This document shows, piece after piece, positions 42,933-52,387 of a DNA stretch of 64,000 bases; within the stretch, counting starts at the first letter, position 1; each line of letters begins with the position of its first letter. A program made the position numbers and the translations under genes. The DNA is from a bacterium (GTDB taxonomy: Bacteria > Hydrothermota > Hydrothermia > UBA1063): the NCBI GenBank assembly GCA_030019025.1, contig JASEFR010000004.1, positions 12,782 through 76,781 of the forward strand, given 5' to 3'. The notes under the pieces were generated by a model that was not told where the DNA came from, did no database searches, and saw only the letters and a list, made by a program, of their open reading frames with translations.

Positions 42933-43382
42933 ATGATAGAAAGAGATGTTGAAAGGGTAATGAGGGAAGTCTATTCCCAGGTAACGAAGGAAGGGAGAAC
43001 TGCGTTAAAGGAGATTAATCTCACTCCTCCCCAGTTTAACCTTATGGTACACCTCTACTTCTGTGGACCACTTAACCAGACCAACCTGGCAAAAGACCTC
43101 TACCTTGCAAAAAGCACCATCTCAGGAATCGTTGAAAGATTGGAAAAGAGGAGATTCGTAAAGAGAGCAAAGGTTGAAGCAGATAGAAGAAGCGAAATTG
43201 TAGTGTTGACCCCACAGGGTGAAGAAGTAATTCAGAGGGTTATTGACAAAAGAGTTGAATTTTTAAGAAAATTAATGCTTGACTTCACAGAAGAAGAAAA
43301 AGAAAAATTCTTAGAACTGCTGAATAAAATGAAGGATAAATTACCGGAATATTCATCCCCTAAAAATGCTAAAAAACAATAG
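42933..43382 (+). CDS. MarR family transcriptional regulator
   Basis: 149 aa with a winged-HTH (LTPPQFNLMVHLYFCGPLNQTNLAKDLYLAKSTISGIVERLEKRRFVKR). Confidence 0.85.
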   Translation: MIERDVERVMREVYSQVTKEGRTALKEINLTPPQFNLMVHLYFCGPLNQTNLAKDLYLAKSTISGIVERLEKRRFVKRAKVEADRRSEIVVLTPQGEEVIQRVIDKRVEFLRKLMLDFTEEEKEKFLELLNKMKDKLPEYSSPKNAKKQ

Positions 43383-44505
43383 ACTTCTTTCCACTACCAT
43401 TTTCATTCTTGCGTTAGCGATCCTATTTTTTATATTCGGTCACTTCAAAATTTCTGAAACTCCTAAAATTTTCAACTACACCTTTTTCAATCTTCTTGCT
43501 CTCGTCGTTTTAGTTCAGGCGATTACCACTACTTTCAAAATAAAAAACTTCCATCTTAAAGTTCTAAAATTAATTTCATCCCTATCTGGAGACATTAGAT
43601 ATTCGCTGGTTGTACCACCCCTAATTTTCGGGCTCTTACCAATGCCAGCAGGAGCAATGTTAACAGCAGATCTAAGTGATAAAGCGGGAGAAAAGTTGAA
43701 TGCAAGAAAAAAATGGATATTCTTCTTCAACTATTGGTTCAGACACGTTTGTGAATTTTCTTGGCCTCTTTACGGCGCCTTAATAATTGCAGCAGGACTT
43801 GCCAATATACCCGTAAAAGATTTCATTATTTCTACTCTCCCTTACACTGGCCTCGCTTTTATCATCGGTCTGTTCTTTCTATTCACAAAGGTAAAAGGTA
43901 ATAGCAACGGTCATAAAATAAAAGCCAATAGTGTTGAAATAGTTAAGTACCTACTTTCAGCACTCTGGCCTGTTATTTTGATAATTCTGTTAACGCTTCT
44001 AAAAGTTGATATGAAATTCACCCTTCTCACCGTCTTGATTTTACTACTTCTAATCGAGAGAGCAAAGATTAAAGAAATCTTTACAACAATTAAAAACTCA
44101 ATTTTTTCAGAAATTACCCTTATCGTGTTCGTTGTTTTGATTTTCAAAGGAGTGGTAGAAAACACCGATATTCTTACCAGCTTTGCAAATCTATTAGAAA
44201 GACATAATGTTCCACAAATTGTTCCTGTAATCATTTTACCAATGATTATGGCCTTTCTAACTGGCATCACCTCTGCAGGGATTGGCTCCACTGCACCAAT
44301 TTTATCCATATTGTTTGCACAGAATTCTGCATTCCCATATTTAGCATACATTTCTGCAATTAGCGGCGTCCTGCTGTCGCCTTTCCATCTCTGCTTAATT
44401 ACTACGAAAGAATACTACAAAATTTCCTTTAGAGAAGTTTACTCAACTGTTCTATTACCAGTTTTGCTAATTCAGGGGGGTGCAATAATTAGAGCAATTC
44501 TATGA
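43366..44505 (+). CDS. integral membrane protein (about 10 TM), function unknown
   Basis: 379 aa, very hydrophobic. It overlaps the marR 3' end by 17 nt and is followed by the ABC exporter pair. Confidence 0.6.
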   Translation: MLKNNRLLSTTIFILALAILFFIFGHFKISETPKIFNYTFFNLLALVVLVQAITTTFKIKNFHLKVLKLISSLSGDIRYSLVVPPLIFGLLPMPAGAMLTADLSDKAGEKLNARKKWIFFFNYWFRHVCEFSWPLYGALIIAAGLANIPVKDFIISTLPYTGLAFIIGLFFLFTKVKGNSNGHKIKANSVEIVKYLLSALWPVILIILLTLLKVDMKFTLLTVLILLLLIERAKIKEIFTTIKNSIFSEITLIVFVVLIFKGVVENTDILTSFANLLERHNVPQIVPVIILPMIMAFLTGITSAGIGSTAPILSILFAQNSAFPYLAYISAISGVLLSPFHLCLITTKEYYKISFREVYSTVLLPVLLIQGGAIIRAIL

Positions 44506-46235
44506 AAGGAATACTAAAAAGACTCTGGAAGTACAAACTTTCCGTTTTTCTCGGCATACTTAGCCTCCTTATCGTTGATGGAGCACAACTGATAATACCG
44601 CTCATAATAAGAAAAAGTATTAACCTTTTACAATCTGGACAGGCTACCTTTAAGATTCTTGGTAAATATGCCCTTTACATCCTTGGACTGACCCTCATTA
44701 TTGCAATCCTGAGATTTTTCTGGCGATACTTCATAATGGGAACAGCGAGAAAAGTAGAGAGAGACATAAGAGAAGAAATATATTTCCACCTTGTAAGGCT
44801 CTCTGCAAGCTTTTTCAACAGAGAGAGAACAGGTGAATTAATGGCCCTGATAACAAACGACACCGATGCTGTAAGAATGGCAACAGGAATGAGTTTAGTC
44901 CAAATCACGGATATATTAATATATTCAACTTTTTCACTCGCTATAATGTTTAAAATTTCGCCTATGCTAACGATTTACGCCCTTTTGCCACTTCCGCTGA
45001 TTAGCCTGCTCATATCCTTTTCAGGTAGACTCAACTATCGATACTTCAGAGAAGTCCAAGAAACCTTTTCCAAACTTACTGAAAAGATCAGGGAATCTAT
45101 AGTCGGAATTCGAGTTCTAAAGGGTTTCTCGCAAGTTGATGGCCAGATAGGGGATATCAGAATCACTAATGAATTGTATTTCAAGAAAAATATGAAACTT
45201 GCAAAGGTTTCAAGCCTATTTGAACCCGGTATACAGCTGGGTGCCACACTATCCTTTGCAATTCTTTTATTCTTCGGCGGAAGAAAAGTCATACTCAACG
45301 AAATATCTCTCGGAGATTTTGTAGCCTTTTCAAGCTATCTGGGTATGATGGTCTGGCCAATGATTGCCGTGGGTTTCCTTGTAAATATTTTACAACGCGG
45401 TTCTGCTTCAATGGATAGAATCGAAAGGATTCTCAAAGTAGAACCCGAAATAAAAAATCCGCAACATCCGAGAAAGATAAAAATAGAAGGAAATATTGAG
45501 ATAAAAAACCTCACCTTCTCATACACCAGCGGACGCCCCGTTCTTATAGATATCAATTTCGAGCTTAAAAGGGGTAAAAAACTTGGAATTATTGGAAGAA
45601 CAGGGGCAGGAAAAAGTACGCTATGTTATCTTATACCAAGGATTTTTGACCCACCCGAGGGTTCAATTTACATCGATGACGTAGATATAACTCACCATGA
45701 TCTTACAAACTTAAGAAATGCAATTAGCTTCGTTCCACAAGAAAGTCTTTTGTTCTCGGCTACTATAAGAGAGAATGTAGCTTACGGTAAAGTTGATGCG
45801 ACAGAAGAAGAAATAATAAATGCACTAAAGCTTGCAGAGATATACGATGAGGTTATGAAAATGTCTGATGGGCTTGACACTCTTGTCGGAGAACGAGGAA
45901 TTACCCTTTCCGGTGGGCAGAAGCAAAGAATAGCCATAGCAAGAGCCATTGTGAAAAATGCACCTATTTTCATTATAGATGATGCACTATCGGCTGTTGA
46001 TACTGAAACGGAAAACAAAATTCTCAGCAATTTAGAAGATTTTTTGGCGGATAAAACAACAATCATCGTTTCACACAGGGTTTCTGCAATTATGGATGCG
46101 GACGAAATTCTCGTGCTGGAAGACGGTAAAATAGTGGACAGGGGAACTCACGAAGAGCTTATATCACGGGAAGGCTTTTACAAATATATCTTTGAATTAC
46201 AAAAAATGGAGGAAGGACTTGTTCGGCAGTCATAG
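44502..46235 (+). CDS. ABC transporter permease/ATP-binding protein (exporter half-transporter, MsbA/MDR-like)
   Basis: 6-TM domain followed by a nucleotide-binding domain with Walker A GRTGAGKST, signature LSGGQKQR and Walker B IFIIDDALS. Confidence 0.9.
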   Translation: MKGILKRLWKYKLSVFLGILSLLIVDGAQLIIPLIIRKSINLLQSGQATFKILGKYALYILGLTLIIAILRFFWRYFIMGTARKVERDIREEIYFHLVRLSASFFNRERTGELMALITNDTDAVRMATGMSLVQITDILIYSTFSLAIMFKISPMLTIYALLPLPLISLLISFSGRLNYRYFREVQETFSKLTEKIRESIVGIRVLKGFSQVDGQIGDIRITNELYFKKNMKLAKVSSLFEPGIQLGATLSFAILLFFGGRKVILNEISLGDFVAFSSYLGMMVWPMIAVGFLVNILQRGSASMDRIERILKVEPEIKNPQHPRKIKIEGNIEIKNLTFSYTSGRPVLIDINFELKRGKKLGIIGRTGAGKSTLCYLIPRIFDPPEGSIYIDDVDITHHDLTNLRNAISFVPQESLLFSATIRENVAYGKVDATEEEIINALKLAEIYDEVMKMSDGLDTLVGERGITLSGGQKQRIAIARAIVKNAPIFIIDDALSAVDTETENKILSNLEDFLADKTTIIVSHRVSAIMDADEILVLEDGKIVDRGTHEELISREGFYKYIFELQKMEEGLVRQS

Positions 46236-48288
46236 CCACGGTTCACATGTTGAAGCAACTGGAAAACTCTTTGACAGAAAAGTACTTAGAAGAACACTTA
46301 AATTTGCGGAGCCTTACAAAAAGAGCATAGTTTTAGCCTTTACATTCTTGATTATCACAAGTGCTATTCAAATTGCCATCCCAGCCATTAACAGAAGGGC
46401 AATTGATTTTCACATAATGCCATCTTACATTGAACTTACAGACACCACTTACATTGAAAAATATGGCTTAGAAAACTACATAGTAAGACTGGAAAATGGG
46501 AAAGTCTTAATAAAAAGGCCAGCCCTTTCCAGAGAAATCTCCGCGGAACTTGAAAGGGAAAAAGCCTTTGGTACAGCCAAATATATCTTAACAAAAGACG
46601 TGATTCCCGAAAAAGAAAATCTTTTTATAAGAGCTTCAAATGGTCTTTTTGCGGTCGAACAAAGCAAAATCAATATTTTATCAAAACCCCAGATAATTCA
46701 GATTCGCAGAGAAGACATCAAAGAAGTTTACAAATTAGCGACATTACTTATAATACTATTATTTCTTTCCTTTCTCTTCTCCTTCCTCCAAGGTTATACC
46801 CTCCAATACGTGACTCAAAAGGTAATGTACGACATGAGGATGGTTATAACAAAACACATGCTGAACCTCCCCCTTTCATACTTTGATAAAAACCCTACAG
46901 GCCGTCTTGTCACAAGGGCTACTAACGACGTTTCTGCTATTGCAGAAATGCTAAGTTCCGTGTTAATCCACTTGATAAAAGACTTTATTGTCATCATCGG
47001 TGTAGTAATTATAATGATTAAAATGAACCTGAAACTCACTCTTTTAGTCCTCACTGTAGCACCTATTCTCCTCGTGGTAACAATTATTTTTAGAGTAAAA
47101 GTCCGAAACGCTTTCAGGAAAGTAAGGGCAAAACTGGCACTACTCAACGCCTTTGTGCAGGAGAGCATTTCTGGAATACGAATAATTCAAATATTCAACT
47201 TAGAAAATGTTGTTAAGAATAAATTCCGCGGCTACAATAAAGAATTATTCGATGCGAACATTGAACAACTTTACGTCTTTGCAACTTTTAGACCCATCAT
47301 AGATTTTCTGAGGGCAATAACGGTCGCTTTAATCATCTGGATTGGCGGAGGTGAGGTAATTAGAAATATGCTGACTTTCGGGTCTTTGGTGGCTTTTCTA
47401 TCATACATTGACATGTTGTTCCAGCCTATTATGGAATTTTCAGAAAAATACAACATCATGCAGTCAGCGATGGCTGCCGGGGATCGGATCTTTGAACTCT
47501 TGGACGAACCCATAGAGCCTAAGGGGAAAGGGCTTAAAAGAGAAATTGTAGGTAAGGTTGAATTTAAAAATGTGTGGCTGGCTTATGACTCAGAAAACTG
47601 GGTATTAAAAGACATAAGCTTTGTTGCAAATCCCGGAGAAACCTTAGCCATCGTTGGTCCCACAGGGGCAGGCAAAACTTCCCTTATATCAGCAATTTTC
47701 GGTTTTTACCCATACCAGAAAGGACAAATACTGATTGATGATATTCCTCTTGAAGAGTACGATCTTGATCACCTAAGGTCCCAGATGGGGCTCGTACTTC
47801 AAGACGTATTCATCTTCTCTGGTGAACTCAAAAAAAATATCACCCTCTACAACTCACAAATAAACGAACAACAAGTATTTGAAGCCGCTAAAAGTGTCTA
47901 CGCCCACAACTTCATTGAAAGGTTGGAAAACGGTTACTCAACATTATTGGGAGAAAGAGGCGCATCTCTTTCTGTTGGAGAAAGGCAACTTCTTTCCTTT
48001 GCAAGGGCACTGGCTTTTAATCCCAAGATCCTTGTCCTAGATGAGGCTACTGCCAATGTTGATTCGTACACGGAAAATTTAATTCAACAGGCAATCAAAA
48101 ATATTTTAAAAGGTAGAACCTCAATCGTAATAGCCCACAGGCTTTCAACGATCAAAGATGCAGATAAGATACTTGTTATATATGATGGTAGAATAGTAGA
48201 AGAGGGAACTCATGAATCACTAATTGAGAAAAAAGGTATGTATTATCACCTTTATATGCTTCAATTTGCCAGAACTTCAAACTTTTAG
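46192..48288 (+). CDS. ABC transporter permease/ATP-binding protein (partner half-transporter) with a roughly 110-aa insertion between TM1 and TM2
   Basis: The nucleotide-binding domain has GPTGAGKTS, LSVGERQ and LVLDEATA motifs. At 698 aa it is about 100 aa longer than typical exporter halves, with the extra segment (residues about 70-185) between the first two TM helices. The start may lie downstream of the annotated overlap. Confidence 0.85.
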   Translation: MNYKKWRKDLFGSHSHGSHVEATGKLFDRKVLRRTLKFAEPYKKSIVLAFTFLIITSAIQIAIPAINRRAIDFHIMPSYIELTDTTYIEKYGLENYIVRLENGKVLIKRPALSREISAELEREKAFGTAKYILTKDVIPEKENLFIRASNGLFAVEQSKINILSKPQIIQIRREDIKEVYKLATLLIILLFLSFLFSFLQGYTLQYVTQKVMYDMRMVITKHMLNLPLSYFDKNPTGRLVTRATNDVSAIAEMLSSVLIHLIKDFIVIIGVVIIMIKMNLKLTLLVLTVAPILLVVTIIFRVKVRNAFRKVRAKLALLNAFVQESISGIRIIQIFNLENVVKNKFRGYNKELFDANIEQLYVFATFRPIIDFLRAITVALIIWIGGGEVIRNMLTFGSLVAFLSYIDMLFQPIMEFSEKYNIMQSAMAAGDRIFELLDEPIEPKGKGLKREIVGKVEFKNVWLAYDSENWVLKDISFVANPGETLAIVGPTGAGKTSLISAIFGFYPYQKGQILIDDIPLEEYDLDHLRSQMGLVLQDVFIFSGELKKNITLYNSQINEQQVFEAAKSVYAHNFIERLENGYSTLLGERGASLSVGERQLLSFARALAFNPKILVLDEATANVDSYTENLIQQAIKNILKGRTSIVIAHRLSTIKDADKILVIYDGRIVEEGTHESLIEKKGMYYHLYMLQFARTSNF

Positions 48289-48303
48289 AATTAGGAGGAG
48301 GAA

Positions 48304-49119
48304 ATGAAACCTTACAAGGGTATAGCACTGACCATTGCAGGTAGCGATTCAGGTGGCGGAGCAGGGATCCAAGCAGATCTGAAAACCTTTGAAGCCTTTG
48401 ATGTCTATGGTATGAGCGTGATAACCGCTTTAACCGCTCAAAATACTTATTCAGTGACTGGGATCTATCCCGTCACTCCTGATTTCGTAAAGTTACAAAT
48501 AGAAACGGTCTTTGAAGACATACCCCCCGGAGCTGTAAAAACTGGAATGCTCTTTACGAGAGAAATCATAGAAGTAGTTGCTGGATGCATGATCAAATTT
48601 AATGTAGACAAATTGGTAGTCGATCCAGTAATGGTCGCAAAAAGTGGAGCCAAATTGCTAAGAGACGATGCAATAGATGCCCTTATTAATACTCTCTTAC
48701 CCGCAGCCTTTGTTGTAACTCCAAACATTCCCGAGGCAGAGATCATGGCAGAAATGGAAATTTCCACAGAAGAGGATATGATTAAAGCGGGAGAAAAAAT
48801 TCTGGAAAAAGGCACCCAATGGGTACTAATCAAAGGAGGCCACTTAGAATCCAAAGAAGTTATTGACATTTTGATTGGGAAAGATGGCTTCTGGAAATTT
48901 AAAGGCGAAAAGATAGTAACGACCTCGACCCATGGCACGGGATGTACCCTATCTTCTGCAATAGCAGCGCTCCTCTCCATGAATTATTCCGTTCAAGACG
49001 CAGTTTGCATAGCAAAAAAGTACATTCAGAGGGCCATAAAAAATGCGCCACCCATTGGACATGGCCACGGTCCGCTAAGGCATAAAGTTGAAATCGAATT
49101 TGAAGCAACTTGTTTTTGA
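48304..49119 (+). CDS. thiD: hydroxymethylpyrimidine/phosphomethylpyrimidine kinase
   Basis: 271 aa with [24 protein letters not shown] and ribokinase-family motifs. RBS AGGAGG lies upstream. Confidence 0.85.
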   Translation: MKPYKGIALTIAGSDSGGGAGIQADLKTFEAFDVYGMSVITALTAQNTYSVTGIYPVTPDFVKLQIETVFEDIPPGAVKTGMLFTREIIEVVAGCMIKFNVDKLVVDPVMVAKSGAKLLRDDAIDALINTLLPAAFVVTPNIPEAEIMAEMEISTEEDMIKAGEKILEKGTQWVLIKGGHLESKEVIDILIGKDGFWKFKGEKIVTTSTHGTGCTLSSAIAALLSMNYSVQDAVCIAKKYIQRAIKNAPPIGHGHGPLRHKVEIEFEATCF

Positions 49120-49145
49120 CATTAAAATCTATTCAAAGTTGAAAA

Positions 49146-49781
49146 ATGAATGAAATAGATCATCTTATCAGACTCTACGAGAACCTGAGGGATCATATAG
49201 AGAAGAGGCTTGAAGAATTTAGGGCAAAAAAAGATGGCAGTGAAACTGAGATTTTAAAGGAGTTCATTTTTTGCACCTTAACACCGCAATCAAAGGCAAA
49301 GGTTTGCTGGAAAGCGGTAGAAAATATTTTTGACAGCAAGGTATATCTAAACCCTTCAGAAGAGGAAATTAAAAAATTTTTAAAAGGAGTTAGATTTCCC
49401 AATAATAAAGCCAAATTTGTTACCCAAAATCTGCGAAAAATAGAAGAAAGTAGCTTTAATCTCAAAGAATTTGTGAAAGACTCAACACCCCCTGAGGAAA
49501 AGAGAACATTTCTTATGAAAAATTTCAAGGGACTGGGAATGAAAGAGGCCAGTCACTTTCTGAGAAACACAGGACATTTTGACCTTGCAATCCTTGACAG
49601 ACATATCCTCCGTAACCTTGCTAAAATAGGGGTTATCCGAAGACTACCAGAATCTCTTACCCCAAAAAGTTATATGCTAATAGAAGAGAAAATGAAAGAA
49701 TTTTCTAATCAAATAGGCATTCCCTTCGCCCATTTAGATATGCTTCTTTGGGCAAAGGAAACCGGGGAGGTTTTTAAGTGA
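49146..49781 (+). CDS. ogg: 8-oxoguanine DNA glycosylase/AP lyase, Ogg2-type (HhH-GPD)
   Basis: About 210 aa, with the HhH-GPD region GLGMKEASHFLRNTGHFDLAILDRHI including the catalytic Lys/Asp arrangement. Confidence 0.7.
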   Translation: MNEIDHLIRLYENLRDHIEKRLEEFRAKKDGSETEILKEFIFCTLTPQSKAKVCWKAVENIFDSKVYLNPSEEEIKKFLKGVRFPNNKAKFVTQNLRKIEESSFNLKEFVKDSTPPEEKRTFLMKNFKGLGMKEASHFLRNTGHFDLAILDRHILRNLAKIGVIRRLPESLTPKSYMLIEEKMKEFSNQIGIPFAHLDMLLWAKETGEVFK

Positions 49782-50215
49782 AAAACGAGATTATAGAGAA
49801 GGCAAAAAATATTTTAAAAAAGCACCATATTCAACCCTCTGTTCAAAGAATAAAAATTCTTGAGTTCCTGCTTAAAAATAGAACCCATCCCTCCGCTGAT
49901 GAAATATATATACACTTAAGTGCTGAATTGCCAACCCTTTCAAAAACTACTGTTTACAATACAATTAAAGCGTTGGCGGAAAAAGGAGTTATTAAGCTGG
50001 TGACGGTAGACTCAAAGGAACTCAGGGTAGACGCATTCATCGAACCCCATGTCCATTTCCACTGCATTGAATGTGGTCAAATATACGACATCGAAGTTGA
50101 AATACCCGATTTTACCTCCAAAAAAGTAGGAGAAGGACACCTTGTAAAAACTCAAGATCTCTATTTAAAGGGAATATGTAGGAGTTGTTTAATGAAAAAG
50201 GGAGAGAAAAGTTGA
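49778..50215 (+). CDS. Fur family transcriptional regulator (PerR-like)
   Basis: 145 aa with HPSADEIY, HVHFHCIECGQ and CRSC (the structural Zn Cys4 site plus regulatory metal ligands). It is the first regulator of the downstream O2-detoxification genes. Confidence 0.85.
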   Translation: MKNEIIEKAKNILKKHHIQPSVQRIKILEFLLKNRTHPSADEIYIHLSAELPTLSKTTVYNTIKALAEKGVIKLVTVDSKELRVDAFIEPHVHFHCIECGQIYDIEVEIPDFTSKKVGEGHLVKTQDLYLKGICRSCLMKKGEKS

Positions 50216-50679
50216 GCGAGATAATAGTTTACTTCTCAGGAACCGGGAACAATCAGAAAATAGCCCTTGAGATTTCAAGGCTAAAAGGCATATACCTTTC
50301 AAAGATTGAAGACAAATCAAAAAGGAACTTCTTTAAGGACGCCTTCTATGCACTTACTAAAAAGAACGTACCTTTTACATTGTCAAGAGGAATCGGAGAA
50401 GAATTCAACCACATTTACCTGGTCACTCCGGTTTGGGCGGGCCATCTTCCTGCCCCAGTAGCAAGTTTTCTAAGAAAATTCTCCGAAAACCTTAAAAATT
50501 CAAAAATTACACTAATATCAGTATCGGGATTTGGTGAAAAAAATGCAAAAATCATCGAACAGATTTGTAAAATAGCTGGTATACGGCCAAAAGCTAGCCT
50601 CTTCTTGAGGGATTCAGAACTCAAGTCGGGTGAGTACATTAAAAAACTTGAAAGTTTTTTACAAAAGGAGAAAATTTAA
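50212..50679 (+). CDS. flavodoxin-like fold protein; TTG start after GGGAGAG
   Basis: The N-terminus (M)SEIIVYFSGTGNNQKIA is the flavodoxin phosphate-binding loop (S/T-x-T-G-N-T). The ORF-track start at 50185 lies inside perR. Confidence 0.6.
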   Translation: MSEIIVYFSGTGNNQKIALEISRLKGIYLSKIEDKSKRNFFKDAFYALTKKNVPFTLSRGIGEEFNHIYLVTPVWAGHLPAPVASFLRKFSENLKNSKITLISVSGFGEKNAKIIEQICKIAGIRPKASLFLRDSELKSGEYIKKLESFLQKEKI

Positions 50680-50680
50680 C

Positions 50681-51199
50681 ATGAACCTCTTTGCATTAAC
50701 AAAATTAAGTTACGGCCTTTACATTGTGGCAACGAAAGAGGGTGAAAAAATTAATGGGCAAATAGCCAACACGGTCTTTCAGGTTACAGCAGAACCTATT
50801 AAGGTTGCAGTTGCCCTTAACAAATTAAACTTAACCCATGAAATGGTCTCAAAAAGCGGGAAATTTTCGGTGTCAGTCCTCACCGAGGAAGCCCCCTTCA
50901 CCTTCATAGGCAAATTTGGATTCAAAAGTGGAAGGGACCTTAACAAATTTGAAAACGTAAACTACAGAATTACTGACAATAACTTGCCTGTGATAATGGA
51001 TTACACCTGTGCATTCATTGAATGCAAGGTTGTAAACAGCCTTGATGCAGGAACCCACACAATTTTTGTCGGAGAAGTTCTTGATGCTGACATATTATCT
51101 GAAAAAACACCGATGACCTACGACTATTATCACAAAGAAGTTAAAGGGAAAACACCCAAAACTGCTTCTACATACTTAAAAGAAGAGAAAAAGGAGTAA
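50681..51199 (+). CDS. flavin reductase-like domain protein (FMN-binding split barrel)
   Basis: Starts at MNLFALTKLSYGLYIVAT with AAGGAG 10 nt upstream. Size and motifs match the PF01613-type domain found in the high-molecular-weight rubredoxin and NADH:FprA oxidoreductase partners. Confidence 0.7.
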   Translation: MNLFALTKLSYGLYIVATKEGEKINGQIANTVFQVTAEPIKVAVALNKLNLTHEMVSKSGKFSVSVLTEEAPFTFIGKFGFKSGRDLNKFENVNYRITDNNLPVIMDYTCAFIECKVVNSLDAGTHTIFVGEVLDADILSEKTPMTYDYYHKEVKGKTPKTASTYLKEEKKE

Positions 51200-51201
51200 A
51201 T

Positions 51202-52380
51202 ATGGCTGTAAAAAAAATCAAAGATGATTTGTATCTAATTAACACATTGCACTGGGAAAGAAGACTTTTTGACGAGTTGATTCCCCTACCCGAAGGGACT
51301 ACTTACAATGCATACCTTATTATAGGTAAAAGCAAGACCGCCCTTATCGACACAACCGATACTTTAAAGATTGAAGAATTTCTCAGCGACTTAAGAGCTA
51401 TAGGTATAGACAGAATAGACTACATCATTTCCAACCACGCAGAGCAGGATCACTCAGGTGCAATTCCGGCAGTTCTAAATCTATTTACCGAATCAATTGT
51501 TGTTACAAATGAAAAATGCGCTGAACTCCTAAAAACCCATCTCCAAATCCCTCAGGAAAAACTTATGGTGGTAAAAGAAGGAGACACCATTGACCTTGGA
51601 GGAAAAACCCTCAAATTTATTATGACACCTTGGGTACACTGGCCAGAGACTCAAACAACCCTACTTTTAGAAGATAAAATCGCCTTCACATGCGATTTCT
51701 TTGGTTCACACCTGGCTACGACAGAATTTACAAGTGATGGGACACCAGAACTTTACAACGCAGCCAAAAGATACTACGCAGAAATAATGGCACCATTTAG
51801 AAATATGATACCCAAAAACATTGAGAAAATAGAGAATTTTTCTCCTAAAATGATCTGCCCAAGTCATGGTCCAATTTACACAAATCCGCAATTCATAATC
51901 AGCGCGTATAAGGAATGGTCATCCAATAAAGTGGAAAACTTGGTAGCCCTTCTTTACGTCTCTATGCACCATAGCGTTGAAAGAGCTGTAAGATTCTTAG
52001 AACAAAAACTTATCGACGAAGGAGTTAACGTAAAAGTTTATAGCCTCACTGTCGCAGACACCGGAGAAATAGCAATGGCTTTGATTGACGCTGCCACGCT
52101 AATCATAGCCACACCCACAGTACTTGCCAGTGCCCATCCCCTTGCCGTTTACTATACGTATCTCGCCAACGCACTAAGGCCAAAAACAAAATATTTAGCC
52201 ATAATTAACTCTTACGGATGGGGAGGAAAAGCCGTTGATGACCTTAAAAACATTTTCACCAACTTCAAAGGTGAAGTTATTGATGTAGTCTCCTTTAAGG
52301 GTTTACCAGATCAAAGCGCCTATGAGTCTCTCGAAAAACTGGCAAAAGCAATAGGAGAAAAGCATAGATCCTTAGGCTGA
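51202..52380 (+). CDS. flavodiiron protein (FprA/rubredoxin:oxygen oxidoreductase family)
   Basis: 392 aa with a metallo-beta-lactamase-like domain carrying the di-iron motif NHAEQDHSG (H-x-E-x-D-H), plus a C-terminal flavodoxin-like domain. Confidence 0.85.
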   Translation: MAVKKIKDDLYLINTLHWERRLFDELIPLPEGTTYNAYLIIGKSKTALIDTTDTLKIEEFLSDLRAIGIDRIDYIISNHAEQDHSGAIPAVLNLFTESIVVTNEKCAELLKTHLQIPQEKLMVVKEGDTIDLGGKTLKFIMTPWVHWPETQTTLLLEDKIAFTCDFFGSHLATTEFTSDGTPELYNAAKRYYAEIMAPFRNMIPKNIEKIENFSPKMICPSHGPIYTNPQFIISAYKEWSSNKVENLVALLYVSMHHSVERAVRFLEQKLIDEGVNVKVYSLTVADTGEIAMALIDAATLIIATPTVLASAHPLAVYYTYLANALRPKTKYLAIINSYGWGGKAVDDLKNIFTNFKGEVIDVVSFKGLPDQSAYESLEKLAKAIGEKHRSLG

Positions 52381-52387
52381 TTAAAAT

